From positions 6,958-70,957 of the forward strand of contig CAZHBA010000110.1 in the NCBI GenBank assembly GCA_964530225.1: 64,000 nucleotides of DNA, read 5' to 3'. Below are positions 7,830 through 16,882 of this stretch, piece after piece. The stretch is from an uncultured Rhodospirillaceae bacterium (GTDB taxonomy: Bacteria > Pseudomonadota > Alphaproteobacteria > UBA6615). The position numbers and the translations under genes were made by a program. Position 1 is the stretch's first letter; each line of letters starts with the position of its first letter. Below the pieces are notes generated by a model. The model was given only the letters and a program-made list of their open reading frames with translations. It was not told the DNA's origin and did not search any database.

Positions 7830-9491
7830 ATGCTGAGATGGAGAAATTACGTCGCTGCAGCCGTCTTGGTGGTGATGCTTTTACCGGCCACAGCGAGGGC
7901 CGCCAAGGACGAATTGGTGATCGGCATCGGCCAGTTTCCCGCCGGATTTCATCCCAACCTGGCGAGCCATGTCGCCCTGTCGCTGATCCACGGCATGACG
8001 CGGCGTCCGTTCACCGTTTACGACACCGACTGGAAGCTAATCTGCCTGTTGTGCGCCAAGCTGCCGAGCAAGGCCGACGGCACTATCCGCGATTGGCAGA
8101 CTGGCGATGGCAAGCCCGGTTTGGAAGTCGATTACGCGATCCGCGACGACGCGATGTGGGGCGACGGCGTGCCGGTAACCACGAAGGATGTGCTTTTTAC
8201 CTGGAAGGTCGGCCGCATTCCCGAAGCCGGCATCAACAACCAGGAGCTCTACCGGCGCATGGAGAAGGTAGTCGCTCGTGACGACAAGCGCTTCACCATC
8301 CAGTGGAATAAGCGCACATGCGATGCTGAGGCGATAAACGATTTCGAAATCGTGCCGGCCCACCTGGATACGGCCGCCGCCGCCGATCCCAAGGAATACC
8401 GCAACCGTAACACCTACGATTCAGATCCCTCCAACCCGGGCCTCTATTACGGCCCCTACCGGATTACCCGGGTCGAGCCCGGCGCATCGGTAACCCTCGA
8501 ACCCAACCCCACCTGGTGGGGCAGAAAGCCCCATTTCAAGCGCATCGTCGTACGCACCATCGAGAATACGGCGGCGCTCGAAGCCAATCTCTTGTCCGGT
8601 GAGATCGACTATATCGCCGGCGAGGACGGCGTATCGCTGGATCAGGCACTGACCTTCAAGAAACGCCACGGCAAGGATTACAATGTGGTGTTCAAGCCGG
8701 GTCTGTTCTATGAGCACATAGATCTCAATCTCGACAACCCCATATTGGCCGATCTGCGCGTGCGCCGTGCTTTGCTGCACGCCGTCGACCGCGACGCGAT
8801 CAGCGCCCGTCTGTTCGAGGGTAAGCAGCCGGTAGCGGACACCTTCGTTCATCCCCTCGACAGGGTGCATGTAGACGAGGTACGCAAATATGCCTTCGAC
8901 ACGGCGTTGGCTGGCCAATTGCTCGACGAAGCCGGCTGGGCCGAGATACGTAACGGCATCCGCCACAACGCGGCGGGAGAGCCACTGCGGTTGGAGATCA
9001 TGACCACCTCCGGCAACCGGGTGCGCGAGCTGGTCGAACAGGTGATCCAGAGCAATTTGCGCGACGCCGGCGTCGTTCTGCGTATCCGCAACGAACCGGC
9101 GCGGGTGTATTTCGGTCGCACCCTGCAGCAACGCCGCTACACTGCCATGGCCATGTTCGCCTGGTTCTCCTCACCGCAGAACGTGCCGCGCACGACCCTG
9201 CACTCGACCATGATCCCGACCGAGAAAAATAGCTGGTCGGGCCAGAACTACACCGGCTACGTGTCGGCCACCATGGACGAGGCCATCGACAAGATCGAAA
9301 TCGAGTGCGGTGCGGTCGAACAGGCGAAATGGTGGCGAGCAATCCAGACTGAATACGCTGAAAACCTGCCGGTGCTGCCGCTCTACTTCCGCGCCAACGC
9401 GTTCATCATGCCCAAGTGGCTGTCCGGCGTGACCCCCACTGGCCACCAGTATCCCAGCACCCTGTGGATCGAAAACTGGACGGCACAGTAG
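7830..9491 (+). CDS. ABC transporter substrate-binding protein, family 5 (Dpp/Opp/Nik-like)
   Basis: The start was chosen at ATG 7830, which gives the signal peptide MLRWRNYVAAAVLVVMLLPATARA. The ORF-track start at 7548 adds 94 non-protein-like residues and overlaps the rhodanese gene. The body is typical of SBP_bac_5. Confidence 0.85.
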   Translation: MLRWRNYVAAAVLVVMLLPATARAAKDELVIGIGQFPAGFHPNLASHVALSLIHGMTRRPFTVYDTDWKLICLLCAKLPSKADGTIRDWQTGDGKPGLEVDYAIRDDAMWGDGVPVTTKDVLFTWKVGRIPEAGINNQELYRRMEKVVARDDKRFTIQWNKRTCDAEAINDFEIVPAHLDTAAAADPKEYRNRNTYDSDPSNPGLYYGPYRITRVEPGASVTLEPNPTWWGRKPHFKRIVVRTIENTAALEANLLSGEIDYIAGEDGVSLDQALTFKKRHGKDYNVVFKPGLFYEHIDLNLDNPILADLRVRRALLHAVDRDAISARLFEGKQPVADTFVHPLDRVHVDEVRKYAFDTALAGQLLDEAGWAEIRNGIRHNAAGEPLRLEIMTTSGNRVRELVEQVIQSNLRDAGVVLRIRNEPARVYFGRTLQQRRYTAMAMFAWFSSPQNVPRTTLHSTMIPTEKNSWSGQNYTGYVSATMDEAIDKIEIECGAVEQAKWWRAIQTEYAENLPVLPLYFRANAFIMPKWLSGVTPTGHQYPSTLWIENWTAQ

Positions 9492-9559
9492 GCCCTAAGA
9501 AAGAATCGTAACGCATATCGCGGTCGCCGACGCGCGCGAACAGCGCTATAGATCATACC

Positions 9560-10531
9560 ATGTTGACTTACCTCGCGCGCCGCCTGTTCAGCACCGTAGT
9601 CGTTCTGGCGATCATGTCGTTCTTGATCTTTTCGCTCATCGGGCTGATGCCGGGCGACCCTATCGACATCATGATTGCCTCGAACCCCGATCTGACGACC
9701 GCCGACGGCGCGCAGTTGAAGCAGCTCTATGGCCTCGACCTGCCAATAACCGAGCGTTACTGGAACTGGCTGACCGCTGCTCTGGGAGGTGATCTAGGCT
9801 ATTCGCGCACCTTCAATCGGCCAGTTCTGGAAATCCTGCTACCACGCCTGGGTAACACTGTCATCCTGCTCGGCATCGCCTCGCTCATCGCCATCGCGAT
9901 TGCGCTTCCTCTGGGCTTCGCCGCAGCGGTGCGCCCCCACGGCACAACCGATAATTCCATCAACATGTTCTGCTTCGCCGGCATATCTGTGCCGCCCTTC
10001 TGGCTGGCGATTCTGCTGATCATCCTGTTCGCCGTCACCCTCGGCATATTGCCCGCCGGTGGTATGGGACCGGCCGGTGGCGAGGGCGGGTTTTTTACCC
10101 GCCTCGAATTTCTCATTCTACCAGTACTGACCCTGACCATCGCTAGCTTGGCCGGCTATACCCGCTTCGCCCGCGCCTCGATGATGGAGGCGATGCGCCG
10201 GGACTACGTGCGCACTGCCTTCGCCAAGGGACTGGGCGTGCGTCAGGTCGTTGTCGGCCATGCCATGCGCAATGCCATGTTGCCCCTGGTGACCATCGTC
10301 GCGCTCGATTTCGGCGCATTGTTCTCTGGTGCGCTGATTACCGAGACCATGTTCGGCTATCTCGGCATGGGTAAGCTGTTGTTCGATTCGATCCTGGCCA
10401 ACGATTTCAACCTCGCCTTGGTCGGATTGCTGTTTGCCACGTTACTGGTACTGATAGGCAATTTCCTCGCCGACATCGCCTACGCGGCGATCGACCCACG
10501 CATCAGCTTCAAGTCGCTACAGGATCAATGA
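9560..10531 (+). CDS. ABC transporter permease (DppB/OppB-like)
   Basis: The N-terminus is MLTYLARRLF.... It is a BPD-type inner-membrane component of 323 aa. Confidence 0.9.
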   Translation: MLTYLARRLFSTVVVLAIMSFLIFSLIGLMPGDPIDIMIASNPDLTTADGAQLKQLYGLDLPITERYWNWLTAALGGDLGYSRTFNRPVLEILLPRLGNTVILLGIASLIAIAIALPLGFAAAVRPHGTTDNSINMFCFAGISVPPFWLAILLIILFAVTLGILPAGGMGPAGGEGGFFTRLEFLILPVLTLTIASLAGYTRFARASMMEAMRRDYVRTAFAKGLGVRQVVVGHAMRNAMLPLVTIVALDFGALFSGALITETMFGYLGMGKLLFDSILANDFNLALVGLLFATLLVLIGNFLADIAYAAIDPRISFKSLQDQ

Positions 10532-10541
10532 GGCGGCACCA

Positions 10542-11465
10542 ATGACCAGTCTCGCCGAATACCCCATCGACATCGCCGCACGGCAGCTATTCTGGCGGCG
10601 CTTTCGCCAGCACCGGCTAGCCGTGTTCAGCGCATTACTGTTAGTTTTCATCGCCGCGATAGCTTTGCTGGCGCCGGTTATCGAAACCGCGATGGGCCTC
10701 AACGCCACCCGAGTCGACCTGTTCAACCAGTATGCGCCGCCAGACGCCACCCATTGGCTGGGTACCGACGAGGCCGGCCGCGATGTTTTCCTGCGCCTGC
10801 TCTATGGCGGCCGGGTATCGCTGCTTGTTGCTCTGGTCGCCGCCATCGCCGCGACGGTTATCGGTACCACCATCGGCCTGTGCGCCGGTTACTATGGCGG
10901 CCGCCTCGATACGCTGCTGATGCGCACCACCGATGGCGTCATCTCCCTGCCGGTGCTGCCGCTGCTAATCGTACTGGCCGCCGTCGACCTGGAGAAGGTA
11001 GGGGTGCCGGTAGCCGTCGTCGAGTCAGAGATCATTAGCCTCTACCGTATGATGTCCATCATCGCCATCGTCGGCTGGACTACCGTGGCACGGCTGGTGC
11101 ACAGCGCTACGCTATCGGTGCGCACGCGCGAGTTCGTACGCGCCGCCGAAGCCATGGGTACGCGGCCATCGTGCATCATGGTGCGCCATATCCTACCCAA
11201 CGTTGTCTCGCCCATCATCGTCGCCACGACGCTGTCGGTCGGCGGGATTATTCTTCTGGAATCGGTATTAAGCTTTCTCGGCCTCGGCGTTCAACCGCCA
11301 ACGCCGAGCTGGGGCAACATGCTGAGCAACGCCCAGGAGCTGATCACCCGAGCGCCGCAATTAGCAGTCTATCCCGGCCTGATTATCTTCGTCACCGTGA
11401 TTGCCTTCAACTTCCTCGGCGACGGCTTGCTAAACGCCCTCGACCCGCGGGCGACGCGGCATTAA
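10542..11465 (+). CDS. ABC transporter permease (DppC/OppC-like)
   Basis: HWLGTDEAGRDVFLRLLYGGR is the hallmark N-terminal motif of DppC/OppC-type permeases. Confidence 0.9.
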   Translation: MTSLAEYPIDIAARQLFWRRFRQHRLAVFSALLLVFIAAIALLAPVIETAMGLNATRVDLFNQYAPPDATHWLGTDEAGRDVFLRLLYGGRVSLLVALVAAIAATVIGTTIGLCAGYYGGRLDTLLMRTTDGVISLPVLPLLIVLAAVDLEKVGVPVAVVESEIISLYRMMSIIAIVGWTTVARLVHSATLSVRTREFVRAAEAMGTRPSCIMVRHILPNVVSPIIVATTLSVGGIILLESVLSFLGLGVQPPTPSWGNMLSNAQELITRAPQLAVYPGLIIFVTVIAFNFLGDGLLNALDPRATRH

Positions 11466-11481
11466 TCGATCAGCACTCTGA

Positions 11482-12942
11482 TTACCGTTCGGCGAGGATG
11501 CGTTGAATTTCTTTCTTGAGCGCGAACTTTAAGATTTTGCCCATGGCATTGCGGGGTAATTCGGCCATTATTTCGATGATCTGCGGCGCCTTGTAGCCGG
11601 AGATCTTCTGCCGACAAAACGTTTGCAGGTCTTCTGTCAAAATCGCCGAATTCACCACGACGCAGGCGACAGCGACTTCCCCAAACCGCGCGTGGGGCCA
11701 GCCAAAGACAGCGGCTTCGCTTACTTTTGGATGTTGCATGAGCGCCGCCTCGACCTCGATCGGATAGAACTTGGCACCACCATTGTTAATGACGTCATCG
11801 GCCCGACCCTTGAAGAAGAGGTAGCCGTCATCGTTCAGGGCACAGAGGTCGCCGGGGTAGAACCAGCCGCCGCGAAACGCGCGGGCGGTCGCTTGCGCGT
11901 CGTCGAGATAGTGCATCGGGTAGCCAGTACCGCGGAACCGCGTCAGCCCGACTTCACCCGTCGGCAGCGGCCGATCCTCGTCGTCGACGACCTGCGCCTC
12001 AATACCCACGACGACACGCCCGACCGAATCAGGATAAGCGTCCTGATCCGCTGGGAACGCCAACGTCAACAAACCGGACTCATTGGCCGCAAGCTGCTCG
12101 ATAAAGTTTGGCGTCAGCCGCTCTCTTGCCAACAGGCGTTGCGCATGGGTTATTGGTGCGCTGACGACCACCATCGCCCGCAGATCGGGAAACAGCGGCG
12201 TCTTGCCAGCGGCGTAGCTTAGCAACGGTATCAAATGAGACGGTGTCAACATGATATAGCTTACGCGCTTACAGCTCACCAAGGCCGCCAGTTCGTCGTG
12301 ATTTTGTGCATGACTGATCACTACGGTTGCGCCCAACCGCAGCATGCCAAACGCAATGTGCCGGCCGACATTGAACGACATACGGATCAGCGACAGGTTA
12401 CGCTCGTCGGCGGCCCAGCCGTGGCCGCGCGTGTATCGCGCGATCCACTCTGCCAACTCCGCGTGGCTGCGCAGGAACGATTTCGGTGCCCCCGTGGTGC
12501 CCGATGATTGAATGAGCATCAACGGGTCGTCGTCGCCTGTGATTTTGCCATCGAAAGGCGGCGACGCGGACTGGCAAATATCTCCGGCGCGCAGCCACAA
12601 CAAGTCGTTGTCGGACAGCCGACCGCCGAATGTAATCGCAGCCTTTACTGCCACGCTAGCCAAGCTCGATACCAACTCAGCTTTCGACGCATTCGAATTC
12701 AGAGAAAAGACTACGGCACCGGCCCGCGCCAAAGCGCATAGGATGATCAGGTGATCAGCCGAATCTTCTAACAGTACTGCAACGGTGTCACCTGGTTCGA
12801 TCCCCGCCACCTGTAGATTGGCAGTAGCAGCATCCACCAAGTCGTCGAGTTCGCCATAAGTGACCACGCGCGCGCCATCCTCGATCGCCGGGTGGCCGGC
12901 GCGATCGCGCGCATGTTCGGAAAGGATATCAGCAATATTCAT
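11482..12942 (-). CDS. AMP-dependent synthetase/ligase (ANL superfamily, acyl/aryl-CoA ligase-like)
   Basis: Has the ANL P-loop SSGTTGAPKSF, a C-terminal GWFYPGDL motif and the catalytic Lys region GKILKFAL. Confidence 0.85.
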   Translation of the reverse strand: MNIADILSEHARDRAGHPAIEDGARVVTYGELDDLVDAATANLQVAGIEPGDTVAVLLEDSADHLIILCALARAGAVVFSLNSNASKAELVSSLASVAVKAAITFGGRLSDNDLLWLRAGDICQSASPPFDGKITGDDDPLMLIQSSGTTGAPKSFLRSHAELAEWIARYTRGHGWAADERNLSLIRMSFNVGRHIAFGMLRLGATVVISHAQNHDELAALVSCKRVSYIMLTPSHLIPLLSYAAGKTPLFPDLRAMVVVSAPITHAQRLLARERLTPNFIEQLAANESGLLTLAFPADQDAYPDSVGRVVVGIEAQVVDDEDRPLPTGEVGLTRFRGTGYPMHYLDDAQATARAFRGGWFYPGDLCALNDDGYLFFKGRADDVINNGGAKFYPIEVEAALMQHPKVSEAAVFGWPHARFGEVAVACVVVNSAILTEDLQTFCRQKISGYKAPQIIEIMAELPRNAMGKILKFALKKEIQRILAER

Positions 12943-12957
12943 TTGCGGTCGATCAAC

Positions 12958-14424
12958 CTAGATTAAATCGGATTTGAATATCTGGAACTTGCCGCCAGGC
13001 TCGCGCGGAATTTTGTCGACATAGATGAACTTAAAGCGAAACGGGTGGCCGAAGTTCCGTTGTAGATGGGCTGTGATGTCTGCCTCTTCCACTTCGCTAA
13101 GACGCAGATCAGCAACTAGCTTTAGGTCAATCTCCTCGGTGCTTATTTGCGTTAGCTGATACTGGCGCACGCCACCCTTTAACAGCAAAGGCTCGGCATC
13201 AAGCACCGGGAACAGCCGGTCACTCGAAGGTAGGATAACTGGCAAGCGCTCGCGGCCGATAATCCGCTCGATGACACCGAGGCCACGGCCACACGGGCAC
13301 GCCGCGCCAGTAGTCGCCCGGTCGCCCAGTTCGTAGCGGATCAGTGGCGTGGCAAAGTTGATCAGTCCCGTTACCACCACGCGGCCGACCTCTCCGGGCA
13401 CACAGGGTTGGTTACCGTCGTTGAGAACTTCCAGCAGGACCCGCTCCGCCTGAATGTGCAGATGGTCGTGTTCCGGGCACGTTAGCGCCAGAGTGGCGAG
13501 TTCTTCGCAACTGTAGTTGTCGCGCACCGGAACGCCCCAGTCACGATGACACAGGGTGCGCAGACCGGGTTCGAGAATCTCGCCCATGGAACGCACGTCG
13601 CGCAGCTGCCCTGGTTTTGCACCCACATCGAGCGAGCGATAGATCAGTTCCTGCAAAATCGAAGGGTGGCACTGCAGGTACTGAGGATCGTCCGCCAACA
13701 GCCAGTCGTAGAGCTGATTAACCGGAATACGGTTGCTATAGGTAAGCCCAGCGCCGGTGCTTCCCGCCGCCCAGGATTTGGTTTTAACCCTGCCCCGGCC
13801 GCCCGAGACCACCTTTATGGTCACATTGGTCCCTGTCAGGTCGCGCCCGAACCAGCGGTGGCCACGCAACGTCACGGCCATGTTGAACAAGCTAGAATAT
13901 TTGGTCGATTTGACGTGCACCGGCTGGCCGCTCGATCCGGTGGTATGAAGATCGAAAGCTGGACCGTGCCCGCGCGGCAATTTTGAGCTAAATAATGAAT
14001 CTTTAACATCCTGCACATCTTCGCGGGTGAGAAAGGGGATCGTGGCAAACTCTTCCGGCGTTAATCCGGCACCCGGCGCCACATCGATACTTGCCAGCCG
14101 GTCCTTATAGAACGGTGAATATTTCTGCGCGTAGCGGACCAACTCTGCGGCTTGACGCAACTGCATTGCCGCCAGGCTCTCCGCTCCCCACCATTCGGTT
14201 TGCGCCAGATATTCGGCAAGATAAGAGGCAGTAAGCTCTATTTCATCCTCAACCGGCAGCAAAAAATGGTTGGTTACCACCGGCGAGGCGGGCGGAGACT
14301 GCATAAGACCGGAGATGGTCACGATTCTACCGCCGGTCGAGGGCAGCGTCGAACCGTTAGCTTTTTGCGCCTGTCTTGCTTGGCCATGAAGGCACCCAAA
14401 TTTCGCCGAAGGGCCTTTGATCAA
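12958..14424 (-). CDS. Phenylacetate-CoA ligase-like / F390 synthetase-like adenylate-forming enzyme (PaaK/CapK family)
   Basis: Has the motif HTTGSSGQPVHV and a PaaK-like N-terminal region (YSPFYKDRL...IPFLTREDV). The start is uncertain: TTG at 14424 or ATG at 14304. Confidence 0.75.
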   Translation of the reverse strand: MIKGPSAKFGCLHGQARQAQKANGSTLPSTGGRIVTISGLMQSPPASPVVTNHFLLPVEDEIELTASYLAEYLAQTEWWGAESLAAMQLRQAAELVRYAQKYSPFYKDRLASIDVAPGAGLTPEEFATIPFLTREDVQDVKDSLFSSKLPRGHGPAFDLHTTGSSGQPVHVKSTKYSSLFNMAVTLRGHRWFGRDLTGTNVTIKVVSGGRGRVKTKSWAAGSTGAGLTYSNRIPVNQLYDWLLADDPQYLQCHPSILQELIYRSLDVGAKPGQLRDVRSMGEILEPGLRTLCHRDWGVPVRDNYSCEELATLALTCPEHDHLHIQAERVLLEVLNDGNQPCVPGEVGRVVVTGLINFATPLIRYELGDRATTGAACPCGRGLGVIERIIGRERLPVILPSSDRLFPVLDAEPLLLKGGVRQYQLTQISTEEIDLKLVADLRLSEVEEADITAHLQRNFGHPFRFKFIYVDKIPREPGGKFQIFKSDLI

Positions 14425-14564
14425 TCGGTTTATACGCGCTTCAGCATGTCCTGTGTCACCTACGGCTAACTATTAGTGATCCGCAAGTCGTAAAATTGGC
14501 TGATAATAAAAGCCGTCGAGGGAAACTCAGTTAATATCCCGCTATTGGCACATGCTTACACCTT

Positions 14565-14846
14565 GTGTTAGAACCCGCGCTCCCTCGTGGTTTTGAGCGA
14601 TTTTATAGGCTCAAACGAACGTCGAAGGAGGCGAGTACCATCGTTCAAGTCGTTGTACGTGATAACAACGTCGATCAGGCCCTCAAGGCGCTGAAGAAGA
14701 AAATGCAGCGTGAGGGCGTCTTTCGTGAAATGAAACTTCGCCGGAGCTACGAAAAACCGTCGGAGAAACGCGCGCGGGAGAAGGCGGAAGCTGTCCGCCG
14801 GGCCCGCAAACTGGCCCGCAAGCGTAAGGAACGCGAAGGCTATTAG
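14565..14846 (+). CDS. rpsU: 30S ribosomal protein S21. The maximal ORF is listed, but the real start is probably at 14640.
   Basis: [47 protein letters not shown] is a near-consensus S21. The only canonical start (GTG 14565) adds 25 atypical residues. A strong SD GAAGGAGG (14624-14631) sits 8 nt before an in-frame ATC at 14640. Confidence 0.9.
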   Translation: MLEPALPRGFERFYRLKRTSKEASTIVQVVVRDNNVDQALKALKKKMQREGVFREMKLRRSYEKPSEKRAREKAEAVRRARKLARKRKEREGY

Positions 14847-14964
14847 CCGCCGTCTTTCAGGCGCTTCCCGGCCAGAGCTTCGGTGCCTTTAGAACGATCA
14901 CCTGAGAGCCTTGGGACCCCATCGGTTCATAGACGAATTTGTTTGTCCATTTTCTGATCTAGCA

Positions 14965-15040
14965 GCGCAAGCCCACTCCCCCTCCCGGCACCCACGGGAC
15001 CGTATTCTCATGGGTGCCGGGAGGGGGAGTGGGCTTGCGC
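14965..15040. terminator. Perfect 30-bp inverted repeat with a 16-nt loop, between convergent rpsU and pntB. Likely a bidirectional terminator or REP-like element.
   Basis: GCGCAAGCCCACTCCCCCTCCCGGCACCCA (14965-14994) and TGGGTGCCGGGAGGGGGAGTGGGCTTGCGC (15011-15040) are exact reverse complements. Confidence 0.8.
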
Positions 15041-15056
15041 GAAAACACGCTAAGAC

Positions 15057-16457
15057 CTAATGCCCGCCGCCCTGCAAGGTTTTGACGATGTCCTCGCACA
15101 TTTTCTTGGCGTCACCGAACAGCATCATCGTGTTGTCCTCATAGAACAACGGGTTGTCGATACCGGCGTAACCCGAGGCCATCGAACGCTTGACCACCAG
15201 CACGGTGCCCGATTCTTCGACGTTTAATACCGGCATGCCGTAGATCGGGCTCGCCTTGTCGGTCTTGGCTGCCGGGTTGACGATATCGTTAGCGCCGATC
15301 ACGTAGGCCACTTCAGTCGAGGCGAAGTCGTGATTGATTTCATCGAGCTCGAGTACGTCTTCGTACGGTACATTGGCCTCGGCCAACAGTACGTTCATGT
15401 GGCCCGGCATGCGTCCGGCGACCGGATGGATGGCGTAGCGAACCTGGACGCCGCGCTCTTCGAGCAGATTGGCCATCTCGGCCAGAGAATGCTGTGCCTG
15501 GGCCACCGCCATGCCGTAGCCCGGAATGATGATCACCGTAGAGGCCTGCTCCATGACGAAGGCGGCGTCGGCCGCCGCGCCCTGCTTGACCGTACGGTCG
15601 CCCATATCAGCAGACGGGCCCACGGTCTCACCGCCGAAGCCGCCGAGGATGACGTTCATGAACGAACGGTTCATGCCCTTGCACATAATGTAGCTGAGGA
15701 TGGCGCCGGACGAGCCGACCAGCGCACCGGTCACGATCAACAGCGGATTACCCAGGGTGAAACCGATACCGGCGGCGGCCCAGCCGGAATACGAGTTCAG
15801 CATCGATACCACAACCGGCATGTCAGCGCCGCCGATGGGCACGATGATCAACACACCGAGCACCAACGATATGGCAACAATAATCCAGAACGCAGTCTGG
15901 GATTCGCCGATCGTGAGCCAGATGACAGCGGCGACGAGCAACCCGCCAAGGCCTAAGTTCAGCATGTGCTGACCCGGGAAAACCATCGGCCGGCCGGTCA
16001 CCAAGCCCTGCAGCTTGCCGAACGCGATGATCGAACCAGTAAAGGTGATGGCGCCGATTGCCGTGCCGACCGACATTTCGATCAGGCTGCCAGTCTTGAT
16101 GTCGTCGGGTGTGCCAATACCGTAGGCTTCCGGCGCATAGAACGCCGCACCGGCGACGAACACGGCGGCTAGGCCAACCAGGGAATGGAACGCCGCCACC
16201 AGTTGCGGCAACGCCGTCATTTCTATGCGTAACGCGATCACCGTGCCGATAGCGCCACCAACCAGCACGCCGAGGACAATCATTCCAAACGACACCACGC
16301 CCGGCAAGGCCAGGGTGGTCAACACCGCTATCACCATGCCGGCAATACCATAGATATTGCCCATGCGTGCGGTTTTTGGCGAGCTCAGCCCACGCAGCGC
16401 CATGATGAAGCAGACGCTGGAGATCAAATACAAAAACGCGGAAAGGGATGACGACAT
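15057..16457 (-). CDS. pntB: NAD(P) transhydrogenase subunit beta
   Basis: 466 aa, with a polytopic N-terminal part and a C-terminal dIII NADP(H)-binding domain (GYGMAVAQAQ, VIGANDIVNPAA). Confidence 0.95.
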   Translation of the reverse strand: MSSSLSAFLYLISSVCFIMALRGLSSPKTARMGNIYGIAGMVIAVLTTLALPGVVSFGMIVLGVLVGGAIGTVIALRIEMTALPQLVAAFHSLVGLAAVFVAGAAFYAPEAYGIGTPDDIKTGSLIEMSVGTAIGAITFTGSIIAFGKLQGLVTGRPMVFPGQHMLNLGLGGLLVAAVIWLTIGESQTAFWIIVAISLVLGVLIIVPIGGADMPVVVSMLNSYSGWAAAGIGFTLGNPLLIVTGALVGSSGAILSYIMCKGMNRSFMNVILGGFGGETVGPSADMGDRTVKQGAAADAAFVMEQASTVIIIPGYGMAVAQAQHSLAEMANLLEERGVQVRYAIHPVAGRMPGHMNVLLAEANVPYEDVLELDEINHDFASTEVAYVIGANDIVNPAAKTDKASPIYGMPVLNVEESGTVLVVKRSMASGYAGIDNPLFYEDNTMMLFGDAKKMCEDIVKTLQGGGH

Positions 16458-16471
16458 CTAACGTACTCCCA

Positions 16472-16879
16472 CTACCGCTTCTGCCGGAACATTTGCAGCA
16501 TGCGCTGCGTCACGATGAAGCCGCCGAATATGTTGATCGACGCCAGCACGACCGCGATAAATCCGAACATCTTGGCAAGGTTCAATTCTATCGGGCCCGC
16601 CGCGATCAACGCACCCACGATAATCACCGACGAAATCGCGTTGGTAACCGCCATCAACGGCGAATGCAGTGCTGGAGTGACACTCCAAACCACGTAGTAG
16701 CCGACAAACACGGCGAGCACGAAAACGGTGAATAGAAAGACGAATGGCTCGCTGGCACCACCGGTCGAAGCGGCGGCTATCGCCGTCGCGTCTTGGGCCA
16801 AGGTCGTAGCCTGTTGGGCAACGTCTTGGGCTTCGGCGGCAAAGCGCGCTGCTTTTTCTGTGAGGGTCGACGGATCCAT
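16472..16879 (-). CDS. pntAB: NAD(P) transhydrogenase subunit alpha part 2 (membrane dII fragment)
   Basis: A small membrane protein between pntAA and pntB, with a conserved [24 protein letters not shown] segment. Confidence 0.9.
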   Translation of the reverse strand: MDPSTLTEKAARFAAEAQDVAQQATTLAQDATAIAAASTGGASEPFVFLFTVFVLAVFVGYYVVWSVTPALHSPLMAVTNAISSVIIVGALIAAGPIELNLAKMFGFIAVVLASINIFGGFIVTQRMLQMFRQKR

Positions 16880-16882
16880 CGG

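Noticed and set aside
8421-9131. Long antisense or alternative-frame ORFs, for example 8421-9131(-), 24597-25382(-), 25392-26195(-), 26282-26983(-), 43796-44359(-), 60259-61344(+) and 63087-63746(-)
   Set aside because: Each lies entirely inside a well-supported gene on the other strand or frame. Their translations are Arg/Ala/Gly/Pro-rich and non-protein-like, as expected for shadow ORFs in roughly 60% GC DNA.
12794-12805. The T-loop-like motif GGTTCGATCCCC, suggesting a tRNA
   Set aside because: It lies inside the ANL ligase CDS. The flanking bases cannot form a T-stem (CCTGG against CCCGC) or an acceptor stem. I found no cloverleaf here or anywhere else in the window.
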